Assembly (NCBI GenBank): GCA_002633005.1
Contig: NMRA01000502.1
Span: 124,001-188,000, forward strand
From: Phoronis australis
Lineage: Eukaryota > Animalia > Phoronida
DNA: 64,000 nt
Direction of reading: 5' to 3'
How positions within the stretch are numbered: the first letter of the stretch is position 1; each line of letters starts with the position of its first letter. The translations under genes and the position numbers were made by a program. Under the pieces are notes generated by a model. That model saw nothing but the letters and a program-made list of their open reading frames with translations, did no database searches and was not told where the DNA came from. Shown here in pieces: positions 24,672 through 38,020 of the stretch.

Positions 24672-27600
24672 TTATTTAGGTGGTTATCCAATTGTCTCGT
24701 CGGAAACGCGTAGTATGGCTGAGGTTTAGCAAAAACACACGATTAAAAAGCAACAGCGCATGGTTCTGGCACTCGTGTTTACTCCAACAGTTTACAGTAG
24801 GACTTGGTGTGTTGATGAAAAACCCATTTACATGTGCGCACTGAAACCCGCACTTCTTTCAAAGATCAACTTCTGATTTGAGGTCACTTTTTGAAAACTG
24901 ACCTCATTACATCTATGCTTCTTATACGCAGATTTAGAGTAGTTGATTTTAGCCTTGACAGGAACTTTTCGCTAAGTTGTTTATTGCAATAGGTTAATCG
25001 AATACGCAGCGTATCTATCACGGGAATTTTAGGCGTCAATTAACAGCAACGCAAAAATGGACCAGAGAGGTCATTTTGAAGAACAAACGCCAGTGGAAAA
25101 GTTATTTTGGTACCAAAACGCGATGACTTTAATTTTGAAGAACAAATATGCATTTGGAGAAAGTTGTTTTGACATTAGAGCATGATTTAAAATGATGCTT
25201 AACATGGCTTTGACCTTTTAACATATACTAACAACGACTTACCCATCCAGCTCTCTAAAACAAAATAATGCTCTTGTAACCCTCGTAAATCCACAAAGGT
25301 CAGGTGCAATGGAAAATCCATACCAACTCTGCTCAACAGGCAAGCATGGCCTACGTTTTAGGCGAGTTATAAGGCAACTTTAGTTTTAGACCGCCCACAA
25401 AGAACCATAATACCCATTCTGGGATACAACGAATATGAGCTTTTGGTTAAACCCCACTGAGACGCCAATGCACCGGCAGGGGCAGAACGAAGAGTGGTTG
25501 AAATCACCAGAACAAGGTTTGGTATCCTTTCAAAGCGGCTTTAATCAGATTGAGCCTGAGAAAATCGCGTGATTGCTAGATGCAGAGCAGTCTACACTGT
25601 AGGATACCAGGCAGGCATTCGCCAACCCCTTAGCCTCTGATGGGCATGGTAATGTTGGCAGGGCTTTCTTCAGTGTTGCGTATTCTAGTTTTGATGTTTT
25701 CAAGTTGGAAAAGCTATCGATGGTGGTTAAAGAAATGAATTCTTAATCAATATGGTCACTGAAGACTGTTAAATGACATGGTTCATCGAAACTTGTTGAA
25801 AAATTCTAGTCAAAATAACAATCGATCTGTAATAGTACACATATCTATCAGTGCGGTTTAATTTATTACTCATAAAACAATTTGATAACGATACGTTAGA
25901 GATTTTTCCTTTGATCTAATTGACACAACGGTGATTTATTAATTAAAAGTTAGTTTTTGTCTGCCAACTGTTTCGATGTTGAAAAGATTACGAAATGTAT
26001 CACAGATGTGCAAATTGCAGAGGAATCGAAACGGATTACTGTAAACATACAGCCTACAAAGTATAATCAATACCAGTACAAGAGTTCATCGATTTTCAGA
26101 ACATGTCAACATTATCTGGTGATCGAAGAAGCTTCGTGTGATCACCTGTAACCTATAAACTTACTTCAAGTGTTTTCGTGTTGCTATCAAGAATCTGCAA
26201 GGGCACATTTCCTTCTTTCAACCATATTCAACTAATTCTTTCACATGCACCCCTCAATAACCAAATTTAAGATAAAAACACGTGATTGCCAATTTCCATC
26301 AGATGCTGGGGCACCCACCATAGTAAGTTTCAGACCACTTGTAGGTATAGCCCCCTATTTCATCAGTGTACAGTTGATTGTCAGCGGTTACTTGAAAGCA
26401 AGTTGAGGTAATACAAAACTGATCTGGTTACCGGACAACATAGCCAGTCACACTAAATCTAAATTAAAACATTTTGCGCCTTTCACTGGTTTTTGCTCAA
26501 AGGTTAAATAATGTAAGGCGCTTGTACTGTACGTGATCTACAAAACATTGACATTTTTAAAGATAGCGTGAAACGGCATATTATGCAAAAATATTGTGGT
26601 ATTGGGGTCACTCAATGCGGCACCATTTGAAAACGGAAATAAAAGATCAATAAAATCACTGATCTTTGCTCAAAGTTTTTCAAGCACCAATAAGTTCAAT
26701 TTATCTTAGATGTGAGTAAACAGGTAGCATCTATCTAAAATCAACCTCCCAATGATACCAGCTTACGATGACCTGCGTTCGCTTTTCTGGATTCTGGATT
26801 ACTCGTATCCGACAAATCTACGCTCTGCGATGCGCACTCATCGATTTCGTTATCCATGAGAACAACAATGCCACAACCAACATGATGCATCAAAAACTAA
26901 TTTACAGAAAAAATACCCGTCACTTGCAAAAGGCCATACGAATATCGCGTTTCATGTATGGAACGACCCGTTAATGGTGATCTTTGCTTCCATTAAGAAC
27001 TAAATAGCGGGTCATGAGACGCCGGCCACAGGAGGCTAGTTCATTTGGTGAAAATTTGCACATCTTTCTCAAATGCAATTGGGAAGCATTTGTTTTCAAA
27101 AAAAATAATTAAACATACATATGATTCACGAGTTTAAACCCAGGTCTTTGATGGCTTCTTCATTGACACAAACTTGGTTGAAGGCACAACTGCTTTTTGT
27201 TAGACAGCTTAAACTACACTCGCTCGTAGTCTCTATACTATCTCCTAACTCGGTAGGAAGTGAAATAAACAGTGAAATAAATGGTGATAGGTGGTACAAG
27301 GGCGTGCAAGCAGGGAGTGTGAATGTATCACACGGTAGGGAGTCCACAAGTCTAACGGAACAGGGCCAGTGTGCGGTACACACTTGTGAGCTGCTCATTC
27401 AGTATTCAATTAGAAACGTTTAACAATTTGCATTACATCACAACAACTATGTTACTTGGTAAGCTACGAACAATCTTACTTTATCAGAACAAGTGAGCCC
27501 TAACTTGTCACGTGTAAAATCAATTTTATTATCTTATCAAATTCTAAAGAACCGTCTGACACTTGTTACTTTGACCATCCAAAGACATCATTAAACTTTT

Positions 27601-27829
27601 CAAATTTTGATTGATTGCAATGTTGTTTTGACTTTGTTTTAATGGAAACGTTATTTATAAAAGTAAAATCAATGGAGTTGCCAATTACAGTACACGAAAA
27701 AGGTGGTCTCTAAATCTCCAGAGGCCTTTTTTTCTCCCGCCCCACTGCTTCACTCTGTGATCGCCATCCTGGTAATGCCGGTCTTGATGTTTCTCTACTC
27801 CTATGCTCGGTGCCCACGAACCCGATATC

Positions 27830-28010
27830 AGTTCTACAAGTACATGTAGTGATATTCCCCACCGACATCACCACTATTACAGAGAACACAAGTTGGGTTT
27901 GCAAGAGTGACAGCGAAACGAGCTTTGCAACGTGGTAGGCATAGGCATTGGGTATGGAAAGCAACGATAGCTCTCATGAGAACATTGGGACATACATGTA
28001 GGAACGTCAT
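27830..28010 (-). mobile_element. Decayed LINE ORF2 C-terminal zinc-knuckle fragment
   Basis: RAIVAFHTQCLCLP...TCVLCNSGDVGGEYHY matches the R...LP...C.LC...GDE.H pattern at the end of L2/RTE-X-like ORF2. Confidence 0.6.
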
Positions 28011-28149
28011 TTGAGAAACTGTGAACACGGAGAACTTAAGAATCGATAACTACCGCAAAGGACCTGAAAAATGAAAAAGTTGAATTGATATTTTCTATGT
28101 AATTGACATTATTTTGCAAATATGGATCAACGTTATGACACTTCCTTCA

Positions 28150-28870
28150 GGACAGTTTGTTTCCAGTTGCCATTCTCTTTCTTGAGTTGACATGGAACAT
28201 TAACGTGCTGCAGAGTTCACTCTGAATAGCATTTGTTGCACGTCAAGATGTAGGCGCTGGCTCACTAGATGGCCAATCAACCGAACTTAGATTGCTTCTC
28301 GTTTCATGACAACATTTTCACCAACAACAAGACTCTTTTTTGAACAGTAAATGTTTTCACATTTTTCGGAAGTGAAGTATAAAATCTACGGGGTGATCAC
28401 ACTTCAACTGTTTCAACTGACCAGGACCCATTTCAAGAGCTTTGTCAACATTAATATTTGGTTAAGCTCAATGATGTTTTTGACCGGAACGCAATTTGAT
28501 GTAACAAAGCCACCTTTGTCACAGCATATGGATTCCACATCGAGACGATTCCATATCTTGTGCAATCACGACAAACAGTTTCTTCGGCATCACATTGCCA
28601 GTTAGAATTCCTTAATATCTTTGAGTTGACGGTATTGGAAAATGGCAGTACACTTGTATTGATACTTTGCACTGACGGAGATCCGAGTATGCAGTCAGGC
28701 AAAATTCTGCCAACACTGTTACCATGAGAATAACACAGTTCAAGTATATATTGCCTGTAGGTAGTCTTGTAATCAGCCACAATGTCCGTTGTAACCTTAT
28801 AAGCAGAAATTTTGTTTTGGAATTTTCTAACCATTTTCAGTAGGTTATGTTTTGAATCCTTGCACATTAG
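28150..28870 (-). pseudogene. Decayed DNA-transposon protein fragment (Academ-like, tentative)
   Basis: Across frameshifts: NINVDKALEMG..QLK / RFYTSLPKNVKTF / KKSLVVGENVV...AI*VRLIGHLVSQR. Resembles, from memory, invertebrate Academ-type proteins. Confidence 0.4.
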
Positions 28871-31800
28871 ACGATGTCTGTTTAAGACGTATTTGTTTCT
28901 CCATCACTCAGATCTCGAATCTCAGGATATAACGTCTAATGGCCAAATGCGACCTGGCGAAATTCCAAGGTTGCCAAATGGAATATAAAATCGTCAAAAC
29001 AAGGAGACCTTGTATGCATGAGTGGGAAAGTCCTGGCATCTACATATAATATTCAGTTGGAAACTGCAGAAAATGAAGAAAACAAGATAACTGAATTGAA
29101 AAATCGGCGAACTGAGCAAATGTCTAACAGACCACCCAGATCTCAGTGGGAGCCTTTTTTGCCCAACGGATACTTGGGAATATCTCGCGTACTAGGTAAC
29201 AACCAATCTCCCGCTCAGGTTCAATATCTACTCAGGCTCGCCTCCTACCTGAGAGAAAAGCAAATGATCAGGATCGAGTTCAGTAACGTTAGTGTCTCGC
29301 TAGAAATGCAAAAGCGATTGCCATGCATTTTCAATGAAATGGATAGATTTTTCCTGCCACCAGACAGTCAATGTACTCTACGCACGGCACGTTGCACATG
29401 TAGATGCACGAGTCATTAACGCCCTTCCGCGTTTTGCCAAAACTTCCGGCTGCAGTCTGTTTACATCATGTAGCATGCAAAACACTTCGGGTACTTTCCT
29501 AGCCTGAAATTATCAATTATTTTTGTATCTGCGCGGGTGCATAATTCAATCATTGCCATCAAGGGATTAGGTAAAATAGTGGCTTCGTTCTAGCAGGTCT
29601 CAAAAGCCGTACTTGATGGTAGTCATTCTCAATCATCAGTTTGCTTTCTGATGTAATGCCTGTTCTTGCAGAGGAATCCCGGCGCATTCGACAGCAATCT
29701 CCATTTTAAGAGTCCTGTGACTTGTACTGATTACATGTCGCTCAATCGCAGATATAAAACACCCCCGAGAGATAATTTGACGTTCATGTGCGACAATACC
29801 CGGCCCTGTAGTAGTTTCAGCTCGTGCTAGAATGTTTGCGTGACCACTTCGTGGCGATTTGGTATTTTTATTAGATCGCCAAACGAAATCTGAGGTCGCG
29901 TTTGCAACTTGCATCTCACCAAATCGAGCCCTAGACGTGACTGCTGCAACCGCTACGGTTAGTCTGTGGGGTCTTTTTGTGCATGGTCATGCATAAAAAC
30001 GGAGTTTCGATGGTACATTATAGATGTCGCTACGGAAGGTCCATGTCTAATTCTGAAATCATATATACATACATACATACATACATGTACATATATTGAT
30101 AACACGAATTAACGCCGTACGTGCATATTTACATACGTTATTTCAATACATGAACTCTAGTTAGTTTTTTGATCATCATGCTTATTCCCAATTTACGAAA
30201 CAACCGCATTATCAGAAGGAAAAAATTAAGAAATCACGTCAAAATCTTTTCCCTACTATATTCAAGTCAACCGTTATGATTCAATTTAGATTCTCATCAC
30301 ACGCGATGGCCATCTTGTCGCCGTATTGGTTTTTAAAAAGCCAAACCAGTGGCAAGTGGCCACTCAGGCGAATTCAAACTATCATATCAAGCTCTACAGA
30401 AACAAACCTTGATACAACTGTATAGAGGCACTGCAGGGTTACCTGGAAATTTGAGGTTCTGTCACCGAACTACATGTATAAAGAAAGCTTATTTTATTTG
30501 CAAGAAATAATACATCTAATCACAGGAATTTCCATTTAAAACATATGCAGCATTCACACACTGAGGCATTAAACAGCTCTGAGCTTTCAAATTTCCGAAT
30601 GTTTGATTGATTGGTGAGGCAGCATACAGCCCCAGATCTTGCTAAATAATAATATTACGAGGGAATTAAAATCGTTGTTTTACGATGTGTAACTTAAAAT
30701 GCAGGGATAATTTGGAAATATACCTAACAACAAGGGAAAATAAATTGCCCCATGACATTCCACTAGAATGAAAAGACTGAATTTATAGCCCCTGACCTAA
30801 AAGTGAGCCTGTCGTGCGGTAAGTGTTGTCAATACATTGTACACTGCTTAACGACGGTCTCGTGCAACAGGTCCGTGGTAGGGCTTCGAGATTAAACTTA
30901 TCAATGCAAAGGCGTGATGGGAACCGACACTACTTTCACGGGGTTACGGTTTAGGGGATGGTTAAATAGGGGGCTGTAAAATCAGTGGGAGGGAAATATC
31001 AATGTTAAGTCAAATTGTTGTTTAAGAGTTTGTTGTTAATATGAAAATAAATGTAGTTAGTTGTGTTGGGTCCTTGCCATACGCCGCCACGAAGGAAAAC
31101 ATGTCCGTGTAAAATTTATAACTGTTTTCGAATCATAATCTGTCGCATCTCGGACTCGATGCCGCCATAGCAACGAAGACCTCAGAATCTTCGGCCAGCC
31201 AGGCTATGTAGAAGCGCGATGCCTTTTTATTTACAAAACGGACTGGGCCTTCAATCCCTCAATTTTGGGCCCAAATATCGACCTTATACCCTCTCAAAAA
31301 TATTGAAAAATCAGGCGAAATTCCCGGCCACGAGGCCTAAAAATTCCCTTTGTGATTGAAAATTTCTCTCCAACGGTTCAAATCACCTGTGACCACAGAG
31401 GTGACAATTTGAAAAAGTACAAAATCATAGGCGCCCCCCCTTGACTGCCGCAAGCAAAATAAACCAGCAAAACGTGAAGCGGGAGGAAATATTGACTTCG
31501 GGCCAGGACCGGTAGCGGACGAGGTGGTAAACACGTTCCGTTTCTTTTAGTCAAACGACAGCTTTCCTGAGCAGAAGGTATACATCCTCGGCGCCCGCAA
31601 CTTCCGGGCCGCCTGCGTGCATACAATCGCGCTTTGCCCCTTTTTCCGAGGATGTCGGGCCCCCCTCACTATATAGTATCCTAGATCAGCCACTGAAAAT
31701 GCTACTTGAGACAGAGGTATGAGAGCTTGCAACAGGGCGGGGTGCTATTGATGGTGATCGGGAGGTCAGTAGATTTTTCACTGACCTGTCACTCGGCGAA

Positions 31801-31887
31801 ACGTTCCACTCTCAGAAGGCCGCACAGGCACCTTTCCCCTCGGATATGAACGAGGCCTCTGATGAAACATGATAATTATGCTTGTTC

Positions 31888-32452
31888 CAGGGGGATCCAG
31901 GACTTTGAGTAAGGGGAGGGGGGAGGGGGGGGGGGGCAAGGCGTAGTATTAGCTCTCAATTCTTGTAATAATATCCCTACTAGAATAACAATATTATTGA
32001 ATGGTAGTCCTAACCTTGACCTCGTTCTCAACGAATTCCTCCTAAGCAGCGTTAGTAAATTTTTATGTACCGTTTATCAATATCGTTGCATCTGATTTCC
32101 ATACATGAATCTGTACATATTTTTGTTTTTATATACATGTATTTGTAATATCATATCTAAGTATTGGAATACTTATATTAGATACTACTTAACTGTATAT
32201 ACCTCTATGTATATTAGTTTCATTTATGAATTGTTTACAACCCAGATATAATGCTTCGCGATTTCTGGGATTGTCATTATTTCTTTGTATGTTCGGTGTA
32301 CTATTCTTCAATAAATATATATCACTTTAAAAAAGTATTAGCCAGGATTTTGCCCGTCAGACTTTCGCGCTCCTGAACTGCCAAATGGAATCTGGGAGAA
32401 TTTTAGGGGGGCTGGGGAATGGCCCTTTGGCTCCCCTCTAAATCTGCCACTG
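31888..32452 (+). mobile_element. hAT-like MITE interrupted by a LINE 3' fragment
   Basis: Halves match the uninterrupted copy at 33793-33944; insertion flanked by AGTATTAGC duplication. Confidence 0.75.
31954..32333 (+). mobile_element. 5'-truncated non-LTR retroelement 3' end
   Basis: CCCAGATATAATGCTTCGCGATTTCTGGG stem-loop, AATAAA and A-tail, 9-bp TSD; homologous to 53190-53340 and more weakly 42060-42145. Confidence 0.7.
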
Positions 32453-33187
32453 TACTGAAATTGAGCTCTAAAACGAGGTTATGCTTTGGACGAATGAATT
32501 AGGTGTTTAAATTTCAAAATTCAACTTGGTCGAGATTGATATTTGAAAAATATAATACATGAAATAGACGTAATTATTAAAACCGAGAAAGCAGACCTGA
32601 TAGTCATATAATTTTTATTTTCAATTGCGAGCCTGGTTTTTTATCGTAATCGAAATATATATTTAATAACATCAAGTATTAGTTCAGATCAATGACAAAT
32701 CAAGTGTTAGTCCCTGTAGTGCCTACCTCACCAGGACCTAGGCTATGTTTGAAGCTAATGGGCCTACTCTTGATCAACAAATTAAATCAGATGTGGGACT
32801 AATTGCACATGAGAGCAAAATGCTATGAGCCACCATTGTCGAATATATCTTCAACTCGTCAACAATACCACCAGATGACCTGGTTCGTGTAGAAAGCATT
32901 TATTAGAAGAAACGTAACTCTACATTCAGCATGATACCTAATCCGTAACACTACGATCGCCGCAATTTGGTCATGTTAACTTTTCATGTTTCGAACCTAG
33001 TTTTCCAGAAAAAACTTATATCCTTTCGTCAGACAACTCTTTGGTGCATTGACTTGTTCTTTAACTGTATTTTTCTACGTCTCTGTGGTTAATTATTGAC
33101 ACATTTTTTAAGATTTAATATTCAGGTTGGACTCCAAAGACCGGCCATTTAACTCACGCAATGTAAATTTCCGCTTTGTTTATCTCA

Positions 33188-33476
33188 NNNNNNNNNNNNN
33201 NNNNNNNNNNNNNNNNNNNNNNNNNNNNNNNNNNNNNNNNNNNNNNNNNNNNNNNNNNNNNNNNNNNNNNNNNNNNNNNNNNNNNNNNNNNNNNNNNNNN
33301 NNNNNNNNNNNNNNNNNNNNNNNNNNNNNNNNNNNNNNNNNNNNNNNNNNNNNNNNNNNNNNNNNNNNNNNNNNNNNNNNNNNNNNNNNNNNNNNNNNNN
33401 NNNNNNNNNNNNNNNNNNNNNNNNNNNNNNNNNNNNNNNNNNNNNNNNNNNNNNNNNNNNNNNNNNNNNNNNNNNN
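33188..33476. other. Assembly gap (289 N)
   Basis: Run of N. Confidence 1.
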
Positions 33477-33792
33477 AAAAAAAACCTTCAAACAATGAAC
33501 ATAATAAAATAAAGTTTTCCCGAAACTGGATAACAATAAAACGAATCTTGACCTTAGAGCGAGCGCAGACGACCGGTACGAGCTGCCAGTCTCAAGTGAA
33601 TCACAGCTGAGCTGACCAGCAACTAGCTTTAGTTCACCGGAAATTTCGTATTTTCACACCATTAGCTAAAGCTACACGTACTTAAGGCATCTCCTCGCTA
33701 CCGGTCCGTGTACTGGTCCTAGTCCAATTCTTACTCTCCGTGTTGGTTCACGGTTACTCAACTCTTGGATGGCTTCATCCCCGGGATTGTCC

Positions 33793-33944
33793 CAGGCGCG
33801 GATCCAGGATTTTGAGTGGGGGCAGGGTAGAGTATTAGCCAGGGTTTTACCAGTCAGAAATTCGCACCCCCGAACTGCCGGATGGAATCTGGGAGAATTT
33901 TTGTGGCAGCCTTGGCCCCTTGGCCACCCCTAAATCTGCTACTG
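33793..33944 (+). mobile_element. hAT-like MITE, uninterrupted copy
   Basis: CAGGCGCGGATCCAGGA...CTAAATCTGCTACTG; colinear with 31888-32452. Confidence 0.7.
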
Positions 33945-34857
33945 TGCCCTCCACCTAGGGCGGACGTGGGACATTCCGAACATAGTGGCATCGGGAGCAC
34001 GGGGGCGAGGGAGGGGGTGTGACGGAGGTGGTGGCGATAGAGGGGGGTGGTTGTTTGGCGAAGTCGACATGGTTTGTGCCCCCCAATAATTTTTGCCTTC
34101 CAACGGGCCTGGTATATGAATATGTGCACGTCCATTATACCAAGGCTCGCTGGTGAATTGATTTCTTACTTACCATAATATATTAATTGCCTTATCGCGT
34201 GGTCGAATATGGTTGCTTTTCGAATTTGAGAGGAGTTGTCCAATTCTCTCGGCGTGTCTGATCTAGTGTACGCAAAAATTACCGTCAGCCAGCTGTGTGA
34301 CGCTACCAGAAATATAGGTCCGCTCATAATACAAGGGGCGAAAAACGCATTTTGAGATTATTTTTGATGGAATAGAGTTCTTGCAGTTATCAGCTTTGAC
34401 GAGAGTTGTCTAACTCCACTAAGGAAGCGTTGGCCTGCGACCGCTAAGGTCACGATTTGGAATTCATCTTGGAGAAACCACATGGCCCCAAAATGAAAAG
34501 ACTATTAAAATAAAGCGAATCGTGGCAAACAAAAATAAGGTAATATTCACAATTATACATGCCGTTATATGATTTGAACACACTGTGAAGATATAAACTC
34601 ATATTGTGGCGTCAAAAATGTTCCCTATTGATCACTCTCAAAGTCATAGTGACCGCTGACATGGAATTTTTTGTTTAAAAGATTTTGTTGCGCAAGGCAG
34701 AACTCATCATTATTTGATCTGGGGATCTTATTGTTCCCAATTCGACACTTTACCACAGCGTCAATAGCATGTCTCTCATTTCAAAGGCCGAATTTTGTGT
34801 CATTGGGGCTCATTTTTTAAGTAACCATTAGATATAAACCAGAAGCTGAGAGCAAAC

Positions 34858-35280
34858 TACCCTCTGATACAGCGGACACCTATACTGAAAATTCGCCTTG
34901 TGGAAACATGATGAACGACACACGGAATTTTGTGTGTGAGCATCGATGCGCATGCTTTGGTCGGAAGTTACCGATCACATCGCCACCACTTGTACACTCG
35001 TTTATGCACTGTATTTGTTTCAGCTTAAGCCACTGGATCGGAGTTCTTTTGACTTTGTTTACTTTGATTACTGCCCGTTTTAATAATGTGCAACTACTGA
35101 AGTCAAAGGTGGTCGTCATACCTGGTAACTGGAAACTGAAAAGCGATTCCCAACTTTCAACCAATAGGAATGACTGAATGTTACGACGTCGCTTTCATTA
35201 CTTTAACAAATGAGAAGCCATGTTAAACAACACTCTACGATGCTACATTTCATACATGTAGCATTGTGAAAGAGTGTAAA
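34858..35280 (+). repeat. Interspersed repeat (copy 2), lacking the foldback insertion
   Basis: Homologous to the reverse complement of 18226-19328 without the 685-bp insert. Confidence 0.85.
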
Positions 35281-36304
35281 AGCAAAATTGCAACAAAGCA
35301 TCACAGTTCCCACCGTTTCGCTATTGAAAATCGCAAACATCTCTAAGCTTTGTCAGCACGCTACCTGTGACCTGTAAGTACATCGATCACGTGACCTAAT
35401 AAACTGTTCAACATCAATCTAAAAATATTTCTGCCCCAACCCGGATTCGGAACCTTTTGCAAACCGTGCAGCAGGCTTCAGTCCACTGACCCAGAATGTC
35501 CGGGCTCGACTTCCGGTTGGGGAGAAATCTTTTCAGACTTATGTTCGTTTGTTCACGTGATGTGACCACAGGTGGCGTGGTGACTTTGCAATGTTTGCGA
35601 TATACATTTCCTCGTCAGTTTAAGATTTATATATTTACAAAAGCGAAATGTTCACCAACTCTCAATACTAATATGAAGTTGCGTGCTGTAAAGTTCACAT
35701 AGCTTTCTGTTAGTGTTGTTTTTCATGTGTGTATAAAGCGTTTACCGGCTTGGGAGTAAAGCGGTGTCTATCTCTTTTCAGTTTCTCCGCAAACAAAACC
35801 GATAACATGAGTTTTAATTTAGCATTGAAAATTTAAGTGGAGATCTAGAAAAAAGAATGATCACAACGGAAGTACATGTACATCCCGATATTTGAGCTTG
35901 TAAGGTTAGGAGTGGCCCTGGTCACGGTCAATGGATAAGCCGCAAGTTAGAGACAGCCAAACCGTTGTCAGAGACCGACTCGAGAGGGCTGAAATGCATG
36001 ACAACCTCGAGGTATTCTGCAATGAACATGGGCATTAAACGCAAAATTAGAAAGGTTTTCGACCAAGGGAGACCCTTTTTGCAATGAAGGTGGGGTGGCG
36101 TTGTGACTCCGTTGATTCCATAACTTCCAAGAAACTGACCAGATAATTACCACAACGACATTATCCACTTCCTGATTGATTGACAACCGTTTGTATCAAG
36201 CAGTTTCGAGTTTTCAAACGAAGATTGAATGTTATCACATACCTATCAAGTATATCTTTTACCTATAATACATCACTCATGAGATGAAAACTTGTTATCA
36301 TTAA

Positions 36305-37196
36305 AGAGTTCCCACCATGGCCCAGTGTATCAAAAAGAATTTTATTTATACATCTTAACAGGTTTAATTGTTTTGAGCATACCTGCTGTTAAGAAACAAT
36401 CCAAAAATATAAACATCTCAGTGTTATCGGGGTTGTACGTGATGAGTGGAAGACCGTCTCCGCCATTGTAGTTTTTACCATCGCGATATAGAGGACTTGT
36501 GAGGAAAGTCGACGCAGAGCTACATCTTTCAGAGATGAAAAGGTGCTCTTGCGGAGGCTTAAGTAACAGCAACTTGACCAAGAACGTCTCTGTGTTAGAC
36601 GTGAAAGTTGCACAGAAATGGCATCGTTTTGTGCGCCGTACTAGAGTGTGGAATGTCGGTGTGAAACATGCGATTCGGTCGGGAGTCACCCTTTGTTCGG
36701 CACATTTCAAGACATCGTGTTTCGACCAAACACAAAGGTGGCATTACGATGAAGGCTCACCCCCGTGTCAGTGTATTTTCAAGTATTATAAATAACAAAC
36801 AAAATGCTTCCATTTTAGGGCGAGTTATGAGAGGCCCTCATCCACGTAGGCTCGTTTCACCATGGCAATTGTGAATACGAATGATATTGTGCGATTCTTC
36901 TAGTGCTTGAGGGCGATGCCCATATCCACTTTTCTCACTGTTTGCATAATAGTTGTCCGGTTCTCGCTCAAAATCGTCTTCTGATCTGTCGTGTTCCACA
37001 TCGCAATTGATTGTCAAGTGACCAAACGTCTTCCACCCATTACACTATTTAGCGGGAAACTTGGAAATAACTATTTTTTTCATAAAAATGCGACCATTTG
37101 GCATACAAAGTGCTTAATTAGTTGTGTTTTATGGTATTCAATTCATATCAGCTAACTGAAACTTCAAAAACTAAGAAAATGTGTGATGGGAACTCT
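36305..37196 (+). mobile_element. Kolobok-type DNA transposon remnant carrying a THAP domain
   Basis: TTAA|AGAGTTCCCACCA ... TGATGGGAACTCT|TACA TIRs; internal MKRCSCGG.SN...QKWHRFVRRTR.W...LCSAHFKTSCF (36535-36723) is a THAP C2CH pattern. Confidence 0.75.
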
Positions 37197-37338
37197 TACA
37201 TGAATGCAGAGGATATTGGTCGCGCTTTGGCGATTCTGCGCGGCCTGATTACTGAGGAGGGCAGATCTACTGTATGCCTTTACAACTCGCAACTTGCACT
37301 TTAGACGGATATCAAAGAATCAGCTACTGAATAACCAG

Positions 37339-37488
37339 CCTCCCGTTCAGTAACGCTAGGACCTCGCTAAAAAGCAAGACTTCGCGAATTTACGTGAGAT
37401 ATTGCCGTGTATTTCAAATGAGAACACGTGACTTTGTTTAGATTTAAACTAGGTCCTAGCGTAGGTCCTAGCATTACTGAACGGGAGG
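37339..37488. mobile_element. Small MITE with CAG TSD (PIF/Harbinger-like)
   Basis: CAG|CCTCCCGTTCAGTAACGCTAGGACCT ... AGGTCCTAGCATTACTGAACGGGAGG|CAG. Confidence 0.7.
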
Positions 37489-37744
37489 CAGATCTTCGTG
37501 TGAATAACGGATACCACGTTCAATCAGCAAGGTTGCATAATGTGAACTCAAAATTCACGGGGACCGCGCCTAATCTTTCTCCTCCCAATGTACAATCGTT
37601 TCTTGCAAGACTTGTCAGGCCTTGTTTGTTTGTACGTATAACGTCTTCCGTTTGTTGCTGCCATGTTCCGTGTCACCACGACGTAAACCCGGAACAAAAA
37701 CGTGTTCGACGCAAGGCGAATGATGGCGTTCTTCGACTGTAAAA

Positions 37745-38020
37745 TATCGTTGGCCAAACGCGTGAACGTTACGCACCTAAATTACGGGCTTACATTAATT
37801 GTTGTTAGAAACGTAAAGTAATTATTTAGAGGGTAAAAGTAATTATTTATAGGATTTACGTAATTACTTGTGGAGTACATTTAATTAACTCTACGCCGCA
37901 GATAATTACTTTACGACGCAAATAATTACTATTCGCCTCTAAAAACTTTGATGCCTATAACGGGAAATGACTTACGCATGTAATTTACGTGGGTAACGTT
38001 CACTTATTTGGCCAACGATA
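37745..38020. mobile_element. MITE with ~40-bp TIRs (TATCGTTGGCCAAA..GTGAACGTTAC)
   Basis: Imperfect inverted termini beginning and ending with TA. Confidence 0.75.

Noticed and set aside
27119-27423. Overlapping 90-100 aa ORFs with a minus-strand donor-like site after a TGA (possible Sec codon)
   Set aside because: No recognisable domain, no partner exons and no SECIS seen.
29018-29914. ORFs of 133 aa (+) and 92 aa (-)
   Set aside because: No motifs or splice support; likely decayed repeat sequence or chance ORFs.
33127-33610. Several long ORFs in the ORF track
   Set aside because: Artefacts of translating the 289-N gap.
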